The notes beneath the pieces are model-generated. The model had not been told where the DNA came from. It searched no databases and was given only the letters and a program-made list of their open reading frames with translations. Position numbers and translations under genes: made by a program. A stretch of DNA of 64,000 bases from Coprothermobacterota bacterium (lineage in GTDB: Bacteria > Coprothermobacterota > Coprothermobacteria > Coprothermobacterales > Coprothermobacteraceae): positions 480,001 through 544,000 of the forward strand of contig JAZIGN010000003.1 of NCBI GenBank assembly GCA_036679065.1, given 5' to 3'. Shown piece after piece: positions 23,428 to 33,130 of the stretch (positions are counted from its first letter, which is position 1; the number at the start of each line of letters is the position of its first letter).

Positions 23428-25089
23428 ATGAAAGATCGACACTGGTTTTGGTTTGCGCTGATTGTAGTCATCTTTTTATGTTTGCCAGGCTACGTCATGG
23501 CCGAAGATTCTACGGTGCTAAATTTCGGCATTTGGTCATTGCTCCCAGCTCTTTTAGCAATTGTTCTGGCGTTTGTCACTCGCCAGGTTGTACTTTCCCT
23601 ATTTTTGGGAGCTTTTGTGGGAGTTGTCATGCTGGAAGGTGGTAACGTCTTCAGTGCTTTCTTAACACTTCTTAGCAAGTATCTTGTAGGAGCACTTACC
23701 GATAGCTTCCACGCTGGCATACTTATCTTTCTCATGGTACTTGGTTCTGTGGTAGGGATAATAGGCCGCATGGGTGGGACTAAAGCTTTGGCTGATTTTA
23801 TTGGAAGGCTGGCCAAAAATGAAAGAACAGCGCAGTTTGCCGCTTGGTTACTGGGCATTGTGGTTTTCTTTGATGACTACGCCAATGCTGTGGTGGTGGG
23901 CCCTACAATGAGGCCTTTGTTCGATAAATACAACATCTCCCGTGAAAAACTGGCTTTCATTGTTGATGCTACTGCGGCTCCCGTTACGGGTTTATTCATA
24001 ATCTCTACCTGGATTGGCTATGAGCTTTCTTTGATAAAGGACTCCTATGCCAGTTTAGGTATTGCTGCTGCACCATATGATGTGTTCCTTTCAAGTCTGC
24101 CTTTTAGATTCTATGAGATTCTCATGTTACTTTTTGTGCTGCTAATTGCGTTCACTGGTAGGGATTTTGGACCCATGTGGCACGCAGAGCACAGGGCTCG
24201 AACTACGGGGAAGTTACTTGACGATGATGCACGACCCATAGCGGCTAACATAAAAATGGAGCAAGTTTACCTAGGGAACAAAGAAGCAAGGGCATATAAC
24301 GCATTGATACCAATTGTGGTCCTGATTGTTTCTTCCCTGATTGCGCTTTGGTACAACGGTGGCGGTCCAAACCTGGGTTACACATTTGATGCTATTAGAC
24401 AGGCTTTCAGTAATGCTGATTCGTCTATTGCTATTCTATGGGCTACCGTATTCACAGCCATTGTCACAGTTCTTCTGGCTGTAGGGCAGCGCATACTCAG
24501 TTTGCAGGAAACCATGGACGCTTTTACTGAAGGTGCTGCATCAATGGTTCCAGCGTTGATGATTCTGACGTTGGCTTGGACAATATCTGGGGTCATTGCT
24601 GATGTGGGGACTGCTCAGTTCTTGGTTGGTGTTCTGTCCGAGCATTTGCCTGTGTTCGCAGTGGCTCCGCTAGTTTTCTTGGTGGCTTCTTTAGTGAGTT
24701 TTGCCACTGGTACAAGCTGGGGAACCATGGCTATTGTGATGCCACTTGCCATACCACTGGCCTATAATGTTAGTCCGACCATAACTACTTTGGTGGTTGG
24801 TAGCGTGCTCGGTGGGGCCATTTTTGGTGATCATTGTTCACCCATATCAGATACTACCATAATGGCTTCCATGTCTTCTGCTTGCGACCACATTGCGCAC
24901 GTTAAAACTCAGTTACCTTACGCCCTGGCAATTCAGGTTATTTGTCTGATCTTATACGTCTTGGGTGGTTTTATCTCCAGTTGGTGGGTATTGCTTCTTA
25001 TTGGTGCTGTAAGTGTGCTTGCTGTAGTAAGGTACGTAGGGAAACCTGTAGGAGCGTCAAATTCAAAGCCTAGTTCCGATAGAATTTAA
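23428..25089 (+). CDS. NhaC-family transporter (probably amino-acid/organic-acid transport)
   Basis: FFDDYAN, SREKLAFIVDATAAP, FATGTSWGT, FGDHCSPISDTT, HVKTQLPYA. Confidence 0.92.
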   Translation: MKDRHWFWFALIVVIFLCLPGYVMAEDSTVLNFGIWSLLPALLAIVLAFVTRQVVLSLFLGAFVGVVMLEGGNVFSAFLTLLSKYLVGALTDSFHAGILIFLMVLGSVVGIIGRMGGTKALADFIGRLAKNERTAQFAAWLLGIVVFFDDYANAVVVGPTMRPLFDKYNISREKLAFIVDATAAPVTGLFIISTWIGYELSLIKDSYASLGIAAAPYDVFLSSLPFRFYEILMLLFVLLIAFTGRDFGPMWHAEHRARTTGKLLDDDARPIAANIKMEQVYLGNKEARAYNALIPIVVLIVSSLIALWYNGGGPNLGYTFDAIRQAFSNADSSIAILWATVFTAIVTVLLAVGQRILSLQETMDAFTEGAASMVPALMILTLAWTISGVIADVGTAQFLVGVLSEHLPVFAVAPLVFLVASLVSFATGTSWGTMAIVMPLAIPLAYNVSPTITTLVVGSVLGGAIFGDHCSPISDTTIMASMSSACDHIAHVKTQLPYALAIQVICLILYVLGGFISSWWVLLLIGAVSVLAVVRYVGKPVGASNSKPSSDRI

Positions 25090-26423
25090 GGTAGCGTCGA
25101 CATGGTTTCTTGGGTGCTGTCAGCTTCTAAGCTGGCCATGGCAAGATCCTCAACATGTTGGACGTTGTAATTGGCGAACGCCAGGAGCGCAACCGCAATG
25201 GAAAGGATTGAGCCCAAAATCATTAAGAAGCTGATGGCACCTGCAGGACCTTGGCCCAATACGTTAGATAGCATGGTCTTTTGGTTGAAATAAGGGACTA
25301 AGACGTTATCAACCAGTGGACCGCTAAGAAACATGGGTATTCCACTAAGGGCTTGAGCTATGAATCTGCGCGCTGAGAACACTCTACCTTGCATGGTTAT
25401 GGGAACAATACTTTGCCATATGGCTTGGCTATGAGTGTTTGCCATAACTCCACCGAAAGAACCTAGCGTAGCACCTATGCACATAGTCGGTATCCATCTG
25501 AAGTAACCTAATATTAAGAATCCGACATCGCTTATGATCAGACCAATAAGCAGCGCTGTGACTTTTCTACCTGGCAGGACCCAAAGAGAGAGTAGTAGTG
25601 TACCGATTAGGCCTCCGACTCCAAAAAACGTTTCAATAGTTCCTAATGCTAAGGCATTGTTGTTGGTTCTTGCAAGTACATAGGGTGAGAACAAACTGTT
25701 TCCAAATCCAGCAAAGAAATTAGAAGCGAGGAAAACCATCAGTAGCATAAGCAGTGGTTTCCTTTGTGAAATAAACTTGAAGCCAAACAATATGTCTTGC
25801 CAGAAGCCGGCCGATGCATCTCCTTTACCGGTAGTTTCCTTTTTTCTTATGTCAGGTATGAAAACCCATAGGTTTATTAACACAGCTAGCGTTAGGGTCA
25901 GAAGGTCTATGGTCATGATACCTTCCAGGCCAATAGTACCTAGTAGCCCACCTGCAAGTATGGGCGCAACTAGTGCTGGACCGTAGTCAGTAATGCTGAA
26001 CAGTGCGTTTGCCTTCGTGTATTGATCTGGTTTTAACATGCTAGCTAGTGTTACGGAGTAGGCTGGCCATTGAAGAGCTGAAAAAATGCCATTAACAAAG
26101 GACATGGTATAAAGGAAGGATAAAGTTAGTGCATTTTGCGTGTAGAGGAAAAGAGCTATTAGCGTAAGCACACCTGAAGCTATATCGGGTAGTATGAGCG
26201 ATATTTTTCTAGGCCAACGGTCAACTAAGCTACCAGCCGCCAAGCCGAAAATCACTTGTGCACCAAAGAAGAGAATGCTCATAATACTGAATGGGGTGGC
26301 TCTACCAAATTCTTGCCAAACCCAATAAGAGAGACCGAATTGAGTCATTGCGGTGCCTGTTATCGAAGCTACTTGGCCCATTGTTATTGTGGCGAACCCT
26401 TTCAAGCCTGAAGGTCTTGTCAC
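25086..26423 (-). CDS. MFS transporter (Mef/DHA3-like efflux)
   Basis: GQVASITG, GSLVDRWPRK motif A, VPITMQGRVFS; about 12 TM segments. Confidence 0.9.
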   Translation of the reverse strand: MTRPSGLKGFATITMGQVASITGTAMTQFGLSYWVWQEFGRATPFSIMSILFFGAQVIFGLAAGSLVDRWPRKISLILPDIASGVLTLIALFLYTQNALTLSFLYTMSFVNGIFSALQWPAYSVTLASMLKPDQYTKANALFSITDYGPALVAPILAGGLLGTIGLEGIMTIDLLTLTLAVLINLWVFIPDIRKKETTGKGDASAGFWQDILFGFKFISQRKPLLMLLMVFLASNFFAGFGNSLFSPYVLARTNNNALALGTIETFFGVGGLIGTLLLSLWVLPGRKVTALLIGLIISDVGFLILGYFRWIPTMCIGATLGSFGGVMANTHSQAIWQSIVPITMQGRVFSARRFIAQALSGIPMFLSGPLVDNVLVPYFNQKTMLSNVLGQGPAGAISFLMILGSILSIAVALLAFANYNVQHVEDLAMASLEADSTQETMSTLP

Positions 26424-26552
26424 CGAGTACCACCCCTTTGATATTTATATAGGTCAACTTGAAAGAATTATAACACAAGGTAAATAAATTTAAGGCTAAA
26501 GACACAGATCCTTTATTCAAAGACAGCGGTTCTATGCTGTTACAATGTAGAT

Positions 26553-27281
26553 ATGAAGATTTCGGTACTTTCATCTGTAAGCGAGCAGATTCCTGAAGGA
26601 AATTTTGTATGGATTGCGTTGGATGTCATCCGTGCCACGAGTACCATTGTTACGTTCCTTGCTCAGGGTGGTAAATCGGTTCTTGTTACAGATTCTATTG
26701 ACTTGGCTACTAGAGAAAAAGTAAAGGATCCATCGGTGATTCTTATTGGGGAGAGGGGCGGAATCAAAATAGATGGTTTCGATTTTGATAACTCTCCTGT
26801 GAGTTTGGTAAAACATGCTGATCAAATAACAGATGCCAGAGCCATTATGACTACCACAAACGGCACCAATTTGTTAATAAAGCTCCAGAATACCACTACG
26901 AGAATTCTGGTTGGATCACTGCTAAACCTATCATCTGTGGTGCGAGAAGCCTTTGACATTGTCCAAAAGGAGCAATTTGATGGTATTGGGGTGGCTTGTG
27001 CTGGGAAGGAAGGTCGACTCGTTGGAGACGATTTTTACTGTGCGGGTCTTATGGTAAGCAGACTACTAACCTTGAGCAACGCAAACATGGAACTTGATGA
27101 TGCAGCAAAGGTATCTCTATCTTGGGCTAAAGTAACTGATGACCCACTAGATGTACTCATGCAGTCAGAGAGTGGAGGAAACATATTGAGATACGGCAAA
27201 GACGCTGATATAAAGTTTTGTTCTCAAATAGATCTGTATGCTGTTGTTCCCAAAGTTGTTGGTAATATTGTAACAAGATGA
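26553..27281 (+). CDS. comB: 2-phosphosulfolactate phosphatase family
   Basis: LDVIRATSTI, GERGG..GFDFDNSP, TTTNGT, CAG..DDFYCAG. Confidence 0.88.
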   Translation: MKISVLSSVSEQIPEGNFVWIALDVIRATSTIVTFLAQGGKSVLVTDSIDLATREKVKDPSVILIGERGGIKIDGFDFDNSPVSLVKHADQITDARAIMTTTNGTNLLIKLQNTTTRILVGSLLNLSSVVREAFDIVQKEQFDGIGVACAGKEGRLVGDDFYCAGLMVSRLLTLSNANMELDDAAKVSLSWAKVTDDPLDVLMQSESGGNILRYGKDADIKFCSQIDLYAVVPKVVGNIVTR

Positions 27282-27302
27282 AATAACGGGGGTGAGTTAT
27301 TC

Positions 27303-27956
27303 GTGAAGTTCTTTTTGGATACCGCTTTTGTTGAAGAAATAAGGGCTGCAAAAGAGTGGGGTATTCTAGATGGAGTTACTACTAACCCAACATTGGTTGC
27401 CAAGACAGGCAAAGGTTTCATGGAAGTGGTTCAAGACATACTTAACATTGTGGAGGGGCCAGTCAGTTTAGAGGTAGTGGCACAAGATGCTCAGGGGATG
27501 GTGGAGCAAGCACAGCAGCTGCGTCGTTTAGGTGAACAGGTGGTGATTAAGATTCCAGCTACGCAAGAAGGCATAAAGGCCGTGAAGGTGCTTTCCCAAG
27601 AAGGTATACCGACAAATGTGACGCTTATCTTCCAACCGCTTCAAGCGTTGTTGGCTGCTAAAGCTGGGGCTACCTATGTTTCGCCATTTGTGGGACGCTT
27701 GGAAGATATTGGACACGATGCTATGGATCTGGTGTTTGACATTAAAAACATATTCGATAATTACGGCTTTGAAACCCAGATCATAGTTGCCAGTATTAGA
27801 CATCCTAAGCACGTCCTTGATGCAGCTCGCATAGGTGCTGATATTTGCACGGTTCCATTCAAAGTTATGGAACAGCTTTTTAAACACGCGCTAACTGACA
27901 GGGGATTGGAACAATTCTTAGCTGATTGGTCAAAGGTACCTGGGCGTCCTTTTTAG
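27303..27956 (+). CDS. tal: Transaldolase (short TalC/FSA-type)
   Basis: [18 protein letters not shown] (Glu), VIKIP, SPFVGR (Phe), the transaldolase-type residues. Confidence 0.9.
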   Translation: MKFFLDTAFVEEIRAAKEWGILDGVTTNPTLVAKTGKGFMEVVQDILNIVEGPVSLEVVAQDAQGMVEQAQQLRRLGEQVVIKIPATQEGIKAVKVLSQEGIPTNVTLIFQPLQALLAAKAGATYVSPFVGRLEDIGHDAMDLVFDIKNIFDNYGFETQIIVASIRHPKHVLDAARIGADICTVPFKVMEQLFKHALTDRGLEQFLADWSKVPGRPF

Positions 27957-27983
27957 TGCACAATGTCAGGGGAGCCTAGGGTA

Positions 27984-29354
27984 TTAGGCTCCCTTTATAA
28001 ACTTATCAATGTAAATGGCAGCTTTTTTTCCTGCTCCCAGAGCTTCTATGACGGTTGCTGAACCTGTTACAATGTCGCCTCCAGCAAACACACCAGGTAT
28101 GTTGGTTTGGTATTGCTCATCTACTACAATGTTGCCATGGGGCGTGAGTAGAAGTTCTGGCGTGCTGTACTTAAGTATGGGATTTGGCGTTGTCCCAATG
28201 GCTACTATAACTTGGTCGCAGTAAATTTCGTAGTTGCTTCCTTCAATGGGTATAGGCTTTCTTCTGCCTCGCTCATCTGGTGATCCAAGCTGCATGGAAA
28301 CAACTTCTACTGACTGTACCCAACCGTCCTTGCCGTGGAAAGCAACCGGATTTGTTGGAAGCTTCATGTGTATACCTTCTTCTTCTGCATGCTGAACTTC
28401 TTCAGCTCGCGAGGGCATTTCAGCTCTACTGCGTCTGTAAACAACAGTGACATTGGCGCCTAAACGCCTCGCGGTTCTGGCGGCATCCATGGCAACATTT
28501 CCTGCACCGACTACTACTACTTCCTTACCCTTTTTTATGGGTGTGTCAAATTCTGGGAATCGGTAAGCTTTCATGAGGTTGACCCTGATTAGGAATTCAT
28601 TGGCCGTGAATATGCCATTGAGGTTCTCACCAGGTACTCTCAAAAGCAACGGTGCTCCAGCACCGGTTCCCAAAAATATACTTTTGAATTCTCGCCGCAG
28701 CTGCTGCAAGGTGTAAGTCTTCCCTATGATAACGTCTGTATGGATAAGAACGCCTAAGTCACTCAGAAGCATGATTTCGTGGTTGACTATTTTCTTTGGT
28801 AGTCTGAATTCTGGTATGCCATAGCTAAGTACGCCACCTGGTAGATGGAGTGCTTCGAACAAATGTACCTCATAGCCTTTTTTGGCTAAATCAGCTGCTG
28901 CAGCTAAGCTGGCAGGTCCCGTACCTACACAAGCTACCGGAATGTGGTTCTTTTTTTCCGTTTCTATTTGCTGTGGCTTGTACATTTCGTGGTCTGCCAG
29001 AAATCTTTCAAGTCTGCCTATGGCGATAGGTTTTCCCATTTTAGCCAAGACGCAGGATGCTTCACACTGAATCTCCTGAGGGCAGACTCGTCCAGTCATG
29101 GCAGGAAAGTTGTTCTTTTCCTTTATCTTGTAATAACCTTCTTTGAATTTTCCTTCTTGTATTAACCCAATGAAGGCTTTTATATCAATGTTTACAGGAC
29201 ACCCTTGTATGCAGGTTGGATTGGGGCACTGCAAGCAACGAGAGGCTTCCATAAGAGCTTGTTCCTCTGTGTAGCCTAGTGCCACTTCATCAAAATTCGT
29301 GATCCTTAGTTTGGGATCTTGCTCTGGCATGGGGATTCTGTCTTTCAAAGGCAT
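27984..29354 (-). CDS. nfnB: NfnB/SudA large subunit (GltD-like) of electron-bifurcating NADH-dependent Fd:NADP+ oxidoreductase
   Basis: RCLQC..CIQGCPV, GRVCPQEIQCE, YGIPEFRLPK, GAGNVAMD; follows an NfnA-like gene, with no GltB nearby. Confidence 0.88.
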   Translation of the reverse strand: MPLKDRIPMPEQDPKLRITNFDEVALGYTEEQALMEASRCLQCPNPTCIQGCPVNIDIKAFIGLIQEGKFKEGYYKIKEKNNFPAMTGRVCPQEIQCEASCVLAKMGKPIAIGRLERFLADHEMYKPQQIETEKKNHIPVACVGTGPASLAAAADLAKKGYEVHLFEALHLPGGVLSYGIPEFRLPKKIVNHEIMLLSDLGVLIHTDVIIGKTYTLQQLRREFKSIFLGTGAGAPLLLRVPGENLNGIFTANEFLIRVNLMKAYRFPEFDTPIKKGKEVVVVGAGNVAMDAARTARRLGANVTVVYRRSRAEMPSRAEEVQHAEEEGIHMKLPTNPVAFHGKDGWVQSVEVVSMQLGSPDERGRRKPIPIEGSNYEIYCDQVIVAIGTTPNPILKYSTPELLLTPHGNIVVDEQYQTNIPGVFAGGDIVTGSATVIEALGAGKKAAIYIDKFIKGA

Positions 29355-29361
29355 AATAATC

Positions 29362-30183
29362 TCACCGACTTTCGTTGTCCAGCAAGGATAGACTTATAGC
29401 TTCTTCTTCCTTGTACATGCTTAGACGGGGAAGCAGCGTGTTCCAGTCTACCATGTGGCCATCAAGCTCAGGCCCCTCAATACAAGTTAGTACGGTTCCG
29501 TCTTTGTAACCTACACGGCAAGCTCCACACATTCCTGTTCCGCAAACCATGATACTATTCAGTGAAACCAACGTCTTGACTTTAAGTGGTCTGGTAATAT
29601 CTGAAACTGCTTTCATCATTACCGCCGGCCCAATGGTAACGACTAGGTCCACAACTTCGTTGGATAATATTTCCCTCAAAGCATCAGTAACAAAACCTTT
29701 TACACCATAAGAACCGTCATCCGTAGTGATGATGAGCTTTTCCGATATGTCTTGGAGTTCTTTTTCGAAAAGCAGCAGATTTTTGCTACGGGCACCAAGA
29801 ATGACGGTAATGTTATTGCCGCAGGCACGCAGGTGTTTTCCCAGAGGTACCGCAGTGGCAGCACCAACGCCGCCTGCTATGAGCACAACATTTCCGAACT
29901 TTTGACTGGGAAAGGCATGACCAGTTGGCCCCATGATATCTTGAATCTGCTCACCGACTTTCATCTTACCCAGCAATTTTGTACTCTTACCCACCTCTTG
30001 GAACACGATGTGTATGTTTTCTTCATCGGTGTCAAACACTGTCAAAGGTATGCGTTCGCCTCGCTCATGGGGTAACACGATAACAAAATTGCCCGGTTTA
30101 TATGCTTTTGCAATATGGGGTGCTCTTACTTTTATCTTCCATATGTCTGGTGCTACGAGTTCCTTATCAACTAATTCGTACAT
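29362..30183 (-). CDS. nfnA: NfnA/SudB small subunit (PyrK-like FAD/2Fe-2S)
   Basis: GERIPLT, AGGVGAA, TDDGSYG, MVCGTGMCGACRV..CIEGPE. Confidence 0.88.
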   Translation of the reverse strand: MYELVDKELVAPDIWKIKVRAPHIAKAYKPGNFVIVLPHERGERIPLTVFDTDEENIHIVFQEVGKSTKLLGKMKVGEQIQDIMGPTGHAFPSQKFGNVVLIAGGVGAATAVPLGKHLRACGNNITVILGARSKNLLLFEKELQDISEKLIITTDDGSYGVKGFVTDALREILSNEVVDLVVTIGPAVMMKAVSDITRPLKVKTLVSLNSIMVCGTGMCGACRVGYKDGTVLTCIEGPELDGHMVDWNTLLPRLSMYKEEEAISLSLLDNESR

Positions 30184-30202
30184 GCATGAGCCTCCGTATA
30201 TG

Positions 30203-30216
30203 TGAAATCGGTTTCA
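30203..30216. promoter_or_regulatory. LacI/CcpA-type (cre-like) palindromic operator upstream of nfnA
   Basis: (G)TGAAATCGGTTTCA(C) matches TGWAANCGNTNWCA. Confidence 0.55.
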
Positions 30217-30291
30217 CGTTCATTGCCTATTTTAGCATTTATGGTTCCACGAGAAGTAATCGATTGAATGAATTGCTAAGCAGGGACATCC

Positions 30292-30324
30292 AAAAAAGAA
30301 GCCACCCTCTTTTTGGGTGGCTTC
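30292..30324 (-). terminator. Rho-independent terminator of the radical SAM gene
   Basis: GAAGCCACCC-N7-GGGTGGCTTC with a T-run on the minus strand. Confidence 0.85.
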
Positions 30325-30343
30325 GCCAAACACATTGCTTGAA

Positions 30344-31777
30344 CTATGTATCTTCTTTGTGCTCTTCCTCAAACTTCTTTAGCTTTTGCTCTCGTTCTTG
30401 ATAAAGTTTCTCCGCGTAACCCTTAATAGCAGGGTTAGTTAGATAGCGTTCCTTCCAAATTTCATCAAAAACTTCTTTTACTTGCTTGCTGTAGTCGTCT
30501 AGGAAGCTCTTTATGTTGTCATCCATGACTATAACTTCGGCGCCTTCATGAGTTGGTTTCGGATGTGTTTTTGCGACGATCTCTCTAAGTTTATCCGGGT
30601 TATCAATGATTTGGCAGGGTAGCAGTAAGTTATCATCGAAAGGTTGATGCGCTCTTATGGCTCTCATGAAGTCACTATCCAGCGCTTCTTTTAAAGATTT
30701 CTCTTTGATATTGTCAGCAGAGAAGTGAACGAATATGCATGGTTCAACGTCTCCCTTGGGGTTGATGTGAATGTAACGACGTCCTCCAGCTATGCAACCT
30801 CCAACGTACGGGGCATCTCCCCAGAAATCCATCATGAATAAAGGCTTCTCCAATCTAACGCGCTGAACAGTTTCATAGAGTTTCTTGCGTTGCTCAGGAG
30901 TAGGCATCAAGCTGGTATCTGGGTCTTTACCTACTGGCATGAACAAGAAGTACCAACCAAACAGTGCTCCTTTCTCGATGAGGAAGTCGTAGAATTCATC
31001 TGAGGTAACTGTATCGGCATTAAGACGAGTATAAGTGATAGAGACGCCGAAGGGAATCCCATTGGCTTTTAAGGTGTCCATAACCTTAACCACGTTCGCG
31101 AACATTCCTGGGCCTCGCCGCTGATCAGTTTCCTTTTCCCAACCTTCGATGGATATGACAGGGACAATGTTACCAACCTCTTTAAGTTGTTCGATCATTT
31201 TGGGGTTTGTGAGCAAAGTACCGTTTGTGAATGTGTGGAACACCACGTCTGGATGGTTCTTGGCCACTTCAAACAAGTGAGGGTAGACAAAAGGTTCTCC
31301 ACCCAAAATGGTGTACAGATAAGTGCCGAGTTCTTCGCCCTCTCTGATAATGCGGTCAAAAAGCTCGGGGGGCATGTCGTCTTCACGGGTGTACAAGCCC
31401 GCATAGCAACCTACGCAGGATAAGTTACATCTCATGGTGGGGCTTATCAAAATAGTAAAAGGACCTGGAAAACCGTATTTCTTCTCGGTTTCTATTTGCT
31501 TCTGCACACCAATTGCCAGCTCGTTAATGAAGAAATTGTAAGCAAGACGTTCCAAGAAAACGGGGTCAACCTCGTTGAACACTCTCATAATGAGAGGGTG
31601 GTATACTCCACCTGGTTCGAGATAAGTTCTTGCAACCCGCAAATTCTCCTTATACCTCTCTGGGAAAAGTGATTCCGCCAGGTTAAGGATCTTCGTCAAG
31701 TTCTCCTCTGGGTTCTGCTTCACATACCTTAATGTATATTTCAAAGCAGTACCCATAGCTGATGTTTTCAATGACAT
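30344..31777 (-). CDS. Radical SAM protein with SPASM/twitch domain
   Basis: CNLSCVGC, GGEPF, FTNGTL, GCIAGG..INPKGDVEPC; start ATG 31777 after GAGGTG. Confidence 0.92.
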   Translation of the reverse strand: MSLKTSAMGTALKYTLRYVKQNPEENLTKILNLAESLFPERYKENLRVARTYLEPGGVYHPLIMRVFNEVDPVFLERLAYNFFINELAIGVQKQIETEKKYGFPGPFTILISPTMRCNLSCVGCYAGLYTREDDMPPELFDRIIREGEELGTYLYTILGGEPFVYPHLFEVAKNHPDVVFHTFTNGTLLTNPKMIEQLKEVGNIVPVISIEGWEKETDQRRGPGMFANVVKVMDTLKANGIPFGVSITYTRLNADTVTSDEFYDFLIEKGALFGWYFLFMPVGKDPDTSLMPTPEQRKKLYETVQRVRLEKPLFMMDFWGDAPYVGGCIAGGRRYIHINPKGDVEPCIFVHFSADNIKEKSLKEALDSDFMRAIRAHQPFDDNLLLPCQIIDNPDKLREIVAKTHPKPTHEGAEVIVMDDNIKSFLDDYSKQVKEVFDEIWKERYLTNPAIKGYAEKLYQEREQKLKKFEEEHKEDT

Positions 31778-31872
31778 ACTCTTCACCACCTCTCTTATGG
31801 ATTATATACCCTTAAGCTGATGTTTTCAATGACATACTCTTCACCACCTCTCTTATGGATTATATACCCTTA
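31757..31872. repeat. Exact tandem duplication, 2 x 58 bp
   Basis: AGCTGATGTTTTCAATGACATACTCTTCACCACCTCTCTTATGGATTATATACCCTTA at 31757-31814 and 31815-31872. Confidence 0.97.
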
Positions 31873-31958
31873 AATAAATTAGTTATTCACGTTGATTACA
31901 AAGAACTGCTGAATAGTCCTTATTTTAAATAACTAAAAGTTGTCTTTGTATACATAGA

Positions 31959-32609
31959 TTAAGGCCTTTTTGTTTCAACTACTAAAACAGGATACGTAAA
32001 TCCAGTGTTTGTTAAGAACGAGTTGAAAACACTGTCTATGGAAGTTGACGTCGCTGAGAAATACCAGCCTGGACTTAAGGTGCGGTACTGTAATGCCCCA
32101 AGTAACCTTTTTTGATCTACGATCCATCCCTCATGGTTAAGGTAATCTGGAACTGGGATAGCATTCAGTTCCTCGAGTAATGCTTGAAGTTCGTTTGTAG
32201 GTGCATTTATTTGATATAAGGTTGAGGGTATTACTACTTCCTGTAAGCCAAGTCCGGAAGTTTCAAAGGGCGAGTCGAAAGTGCTTTCTAGCCGCTGTTG
32301 TCCGTTCCCTGCTGTTTTGTAAACCATGGTCAGTGGGGTCATATGAGCGAAGGTATTGGTGAAGAGAAACAATGCAAGCGTTGTGGCAATAATTGTCCCA
32401 AGTACTCCTGTGCTGTATTGAACTGTTCTACCGTAACTTTGCTCTGGGCTAGTTTTTATTAGAGGAATAGCTACTATTAGGAGCTCGCTGAATTCTTTTT
32501 TCCATGAAGTGGGTAAGAATACCCACCACCAGGGCAATACGATTTGCTGGTGTTTTTCTATGGATTCTAAGATTGTGTTGAGTAGAAATGCCTTAATATT
32601 CTCCATCAT
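31959..32609 (-). CDS. Putative membrane anti-sigma factor
   Basis: Overlaps the 3' end of the ECF sigma gene; single central TM helix; start probably ATG 32609. Confidence 0.55.
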   Translation of the reverse strand: MMENIKAFLLNTILESIEKHQQIVLPWWWVFLPTSWKKEFSELLIVAIPLIKTSPEQSYGRTVQYSTGVLGTIIATTLALFLFTNTFAHMTPLTMVYKTAGNGQQRLESTFDSPFETSGLGLQEVVIPSTLYQINAPTNELQALLEELNAIPVPDYLNHEGWIVDQKRLLGALQYRTLSPGWYFSATSTSIDSVFNSFLTNTGFTYPVLVVETKRP

Positions 32610-33117
32610 TGTTAAGACGCTCCAACTCATCAAAAGGTTTCACATAGTCCCTAAGTGCTCTTAGGGCTCTGTATTGAAGCATTTTCACCGCCTGAGGAGT
32701 TTTTCCCATTATCTGTGCCGTTTCCTGCACAGTATAGTTCTTAAAAAACCTCAGTTCGATGACTTGTTTTTGAGGCGCTGGTAACTTATCTAGAGCATCA
32801 TGCAGATCCATGAATTCTTCTTGATTTTGAGATGAGCAAGCTGCAACGTTGCTTTCCCATTGTTCATCTTCTTCCTCGATAAGTAGGCCTCTATGACGGT
32901 AGTAGTCCATGAGCACATTCCTAGCAATTGCAAACAGCCAGGCTTCCATTTTTTCGATATTCTTTAGAGTGAGTCGCTTTTCCCATGCTTTTGCCATGGT
33001 CTCCTGTGTGAGCTCTTCTGCAACATCCATATTCTTGACAGACCCAAGGAGAAAAAACTTTATACGTTGATACAAGACCTCATCTGAGAACAAATGCTGC
33101 CAGTTTATTTCAGGCAT
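32593..33117 (-). CDS. ECF RNA polymerase sigma factor
   Basis: AEELTQETMAKAW, AWLFAIARNVLMDYYR, LPAPQKQVIELRFF, ETAQIMGK..AVKMLQYRAL. Confidence 0.93.
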   Translation of the reverse strand: MPEINWQHLFSDEVLYQRIKFFLLGSVKNMDVAEELTQETMAKAWEKRLTLKNIEKMEAWLFAIARNVLMDYYRHRGLLIEEEDEQWESNVAACSSQNQEEFMDLHDALDKLPAPQKQVIELRFFKNYTVQETAQIMGKTPQAVKMLQYRALRALRDYVKPFDELERLNNDGEY

Positions 33118-33130
33118 AAGGATGTTTTAG

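Noticed and set aside
27984..29354. Glutamate synthase small subunit (gltD)
   Set aside because: It pairs with a PyrK-like NfnA gene and no gltB is adjacent, so NfnB is the better call
30344..31835. MSLKTSA mini-ORF as a RiPP precursor for the radical SAM/SPASM enzyme
   Set aside because: It is simply the duplicated N-terminus of the enzyme, only 7 aa, with no leader/core structure
31757..31872. Direct repeat as a CRISPR array or IS target duplication
   Set aside because: Two abutting 58-bp copies with no spacer, and no cas or transposase gene nearby
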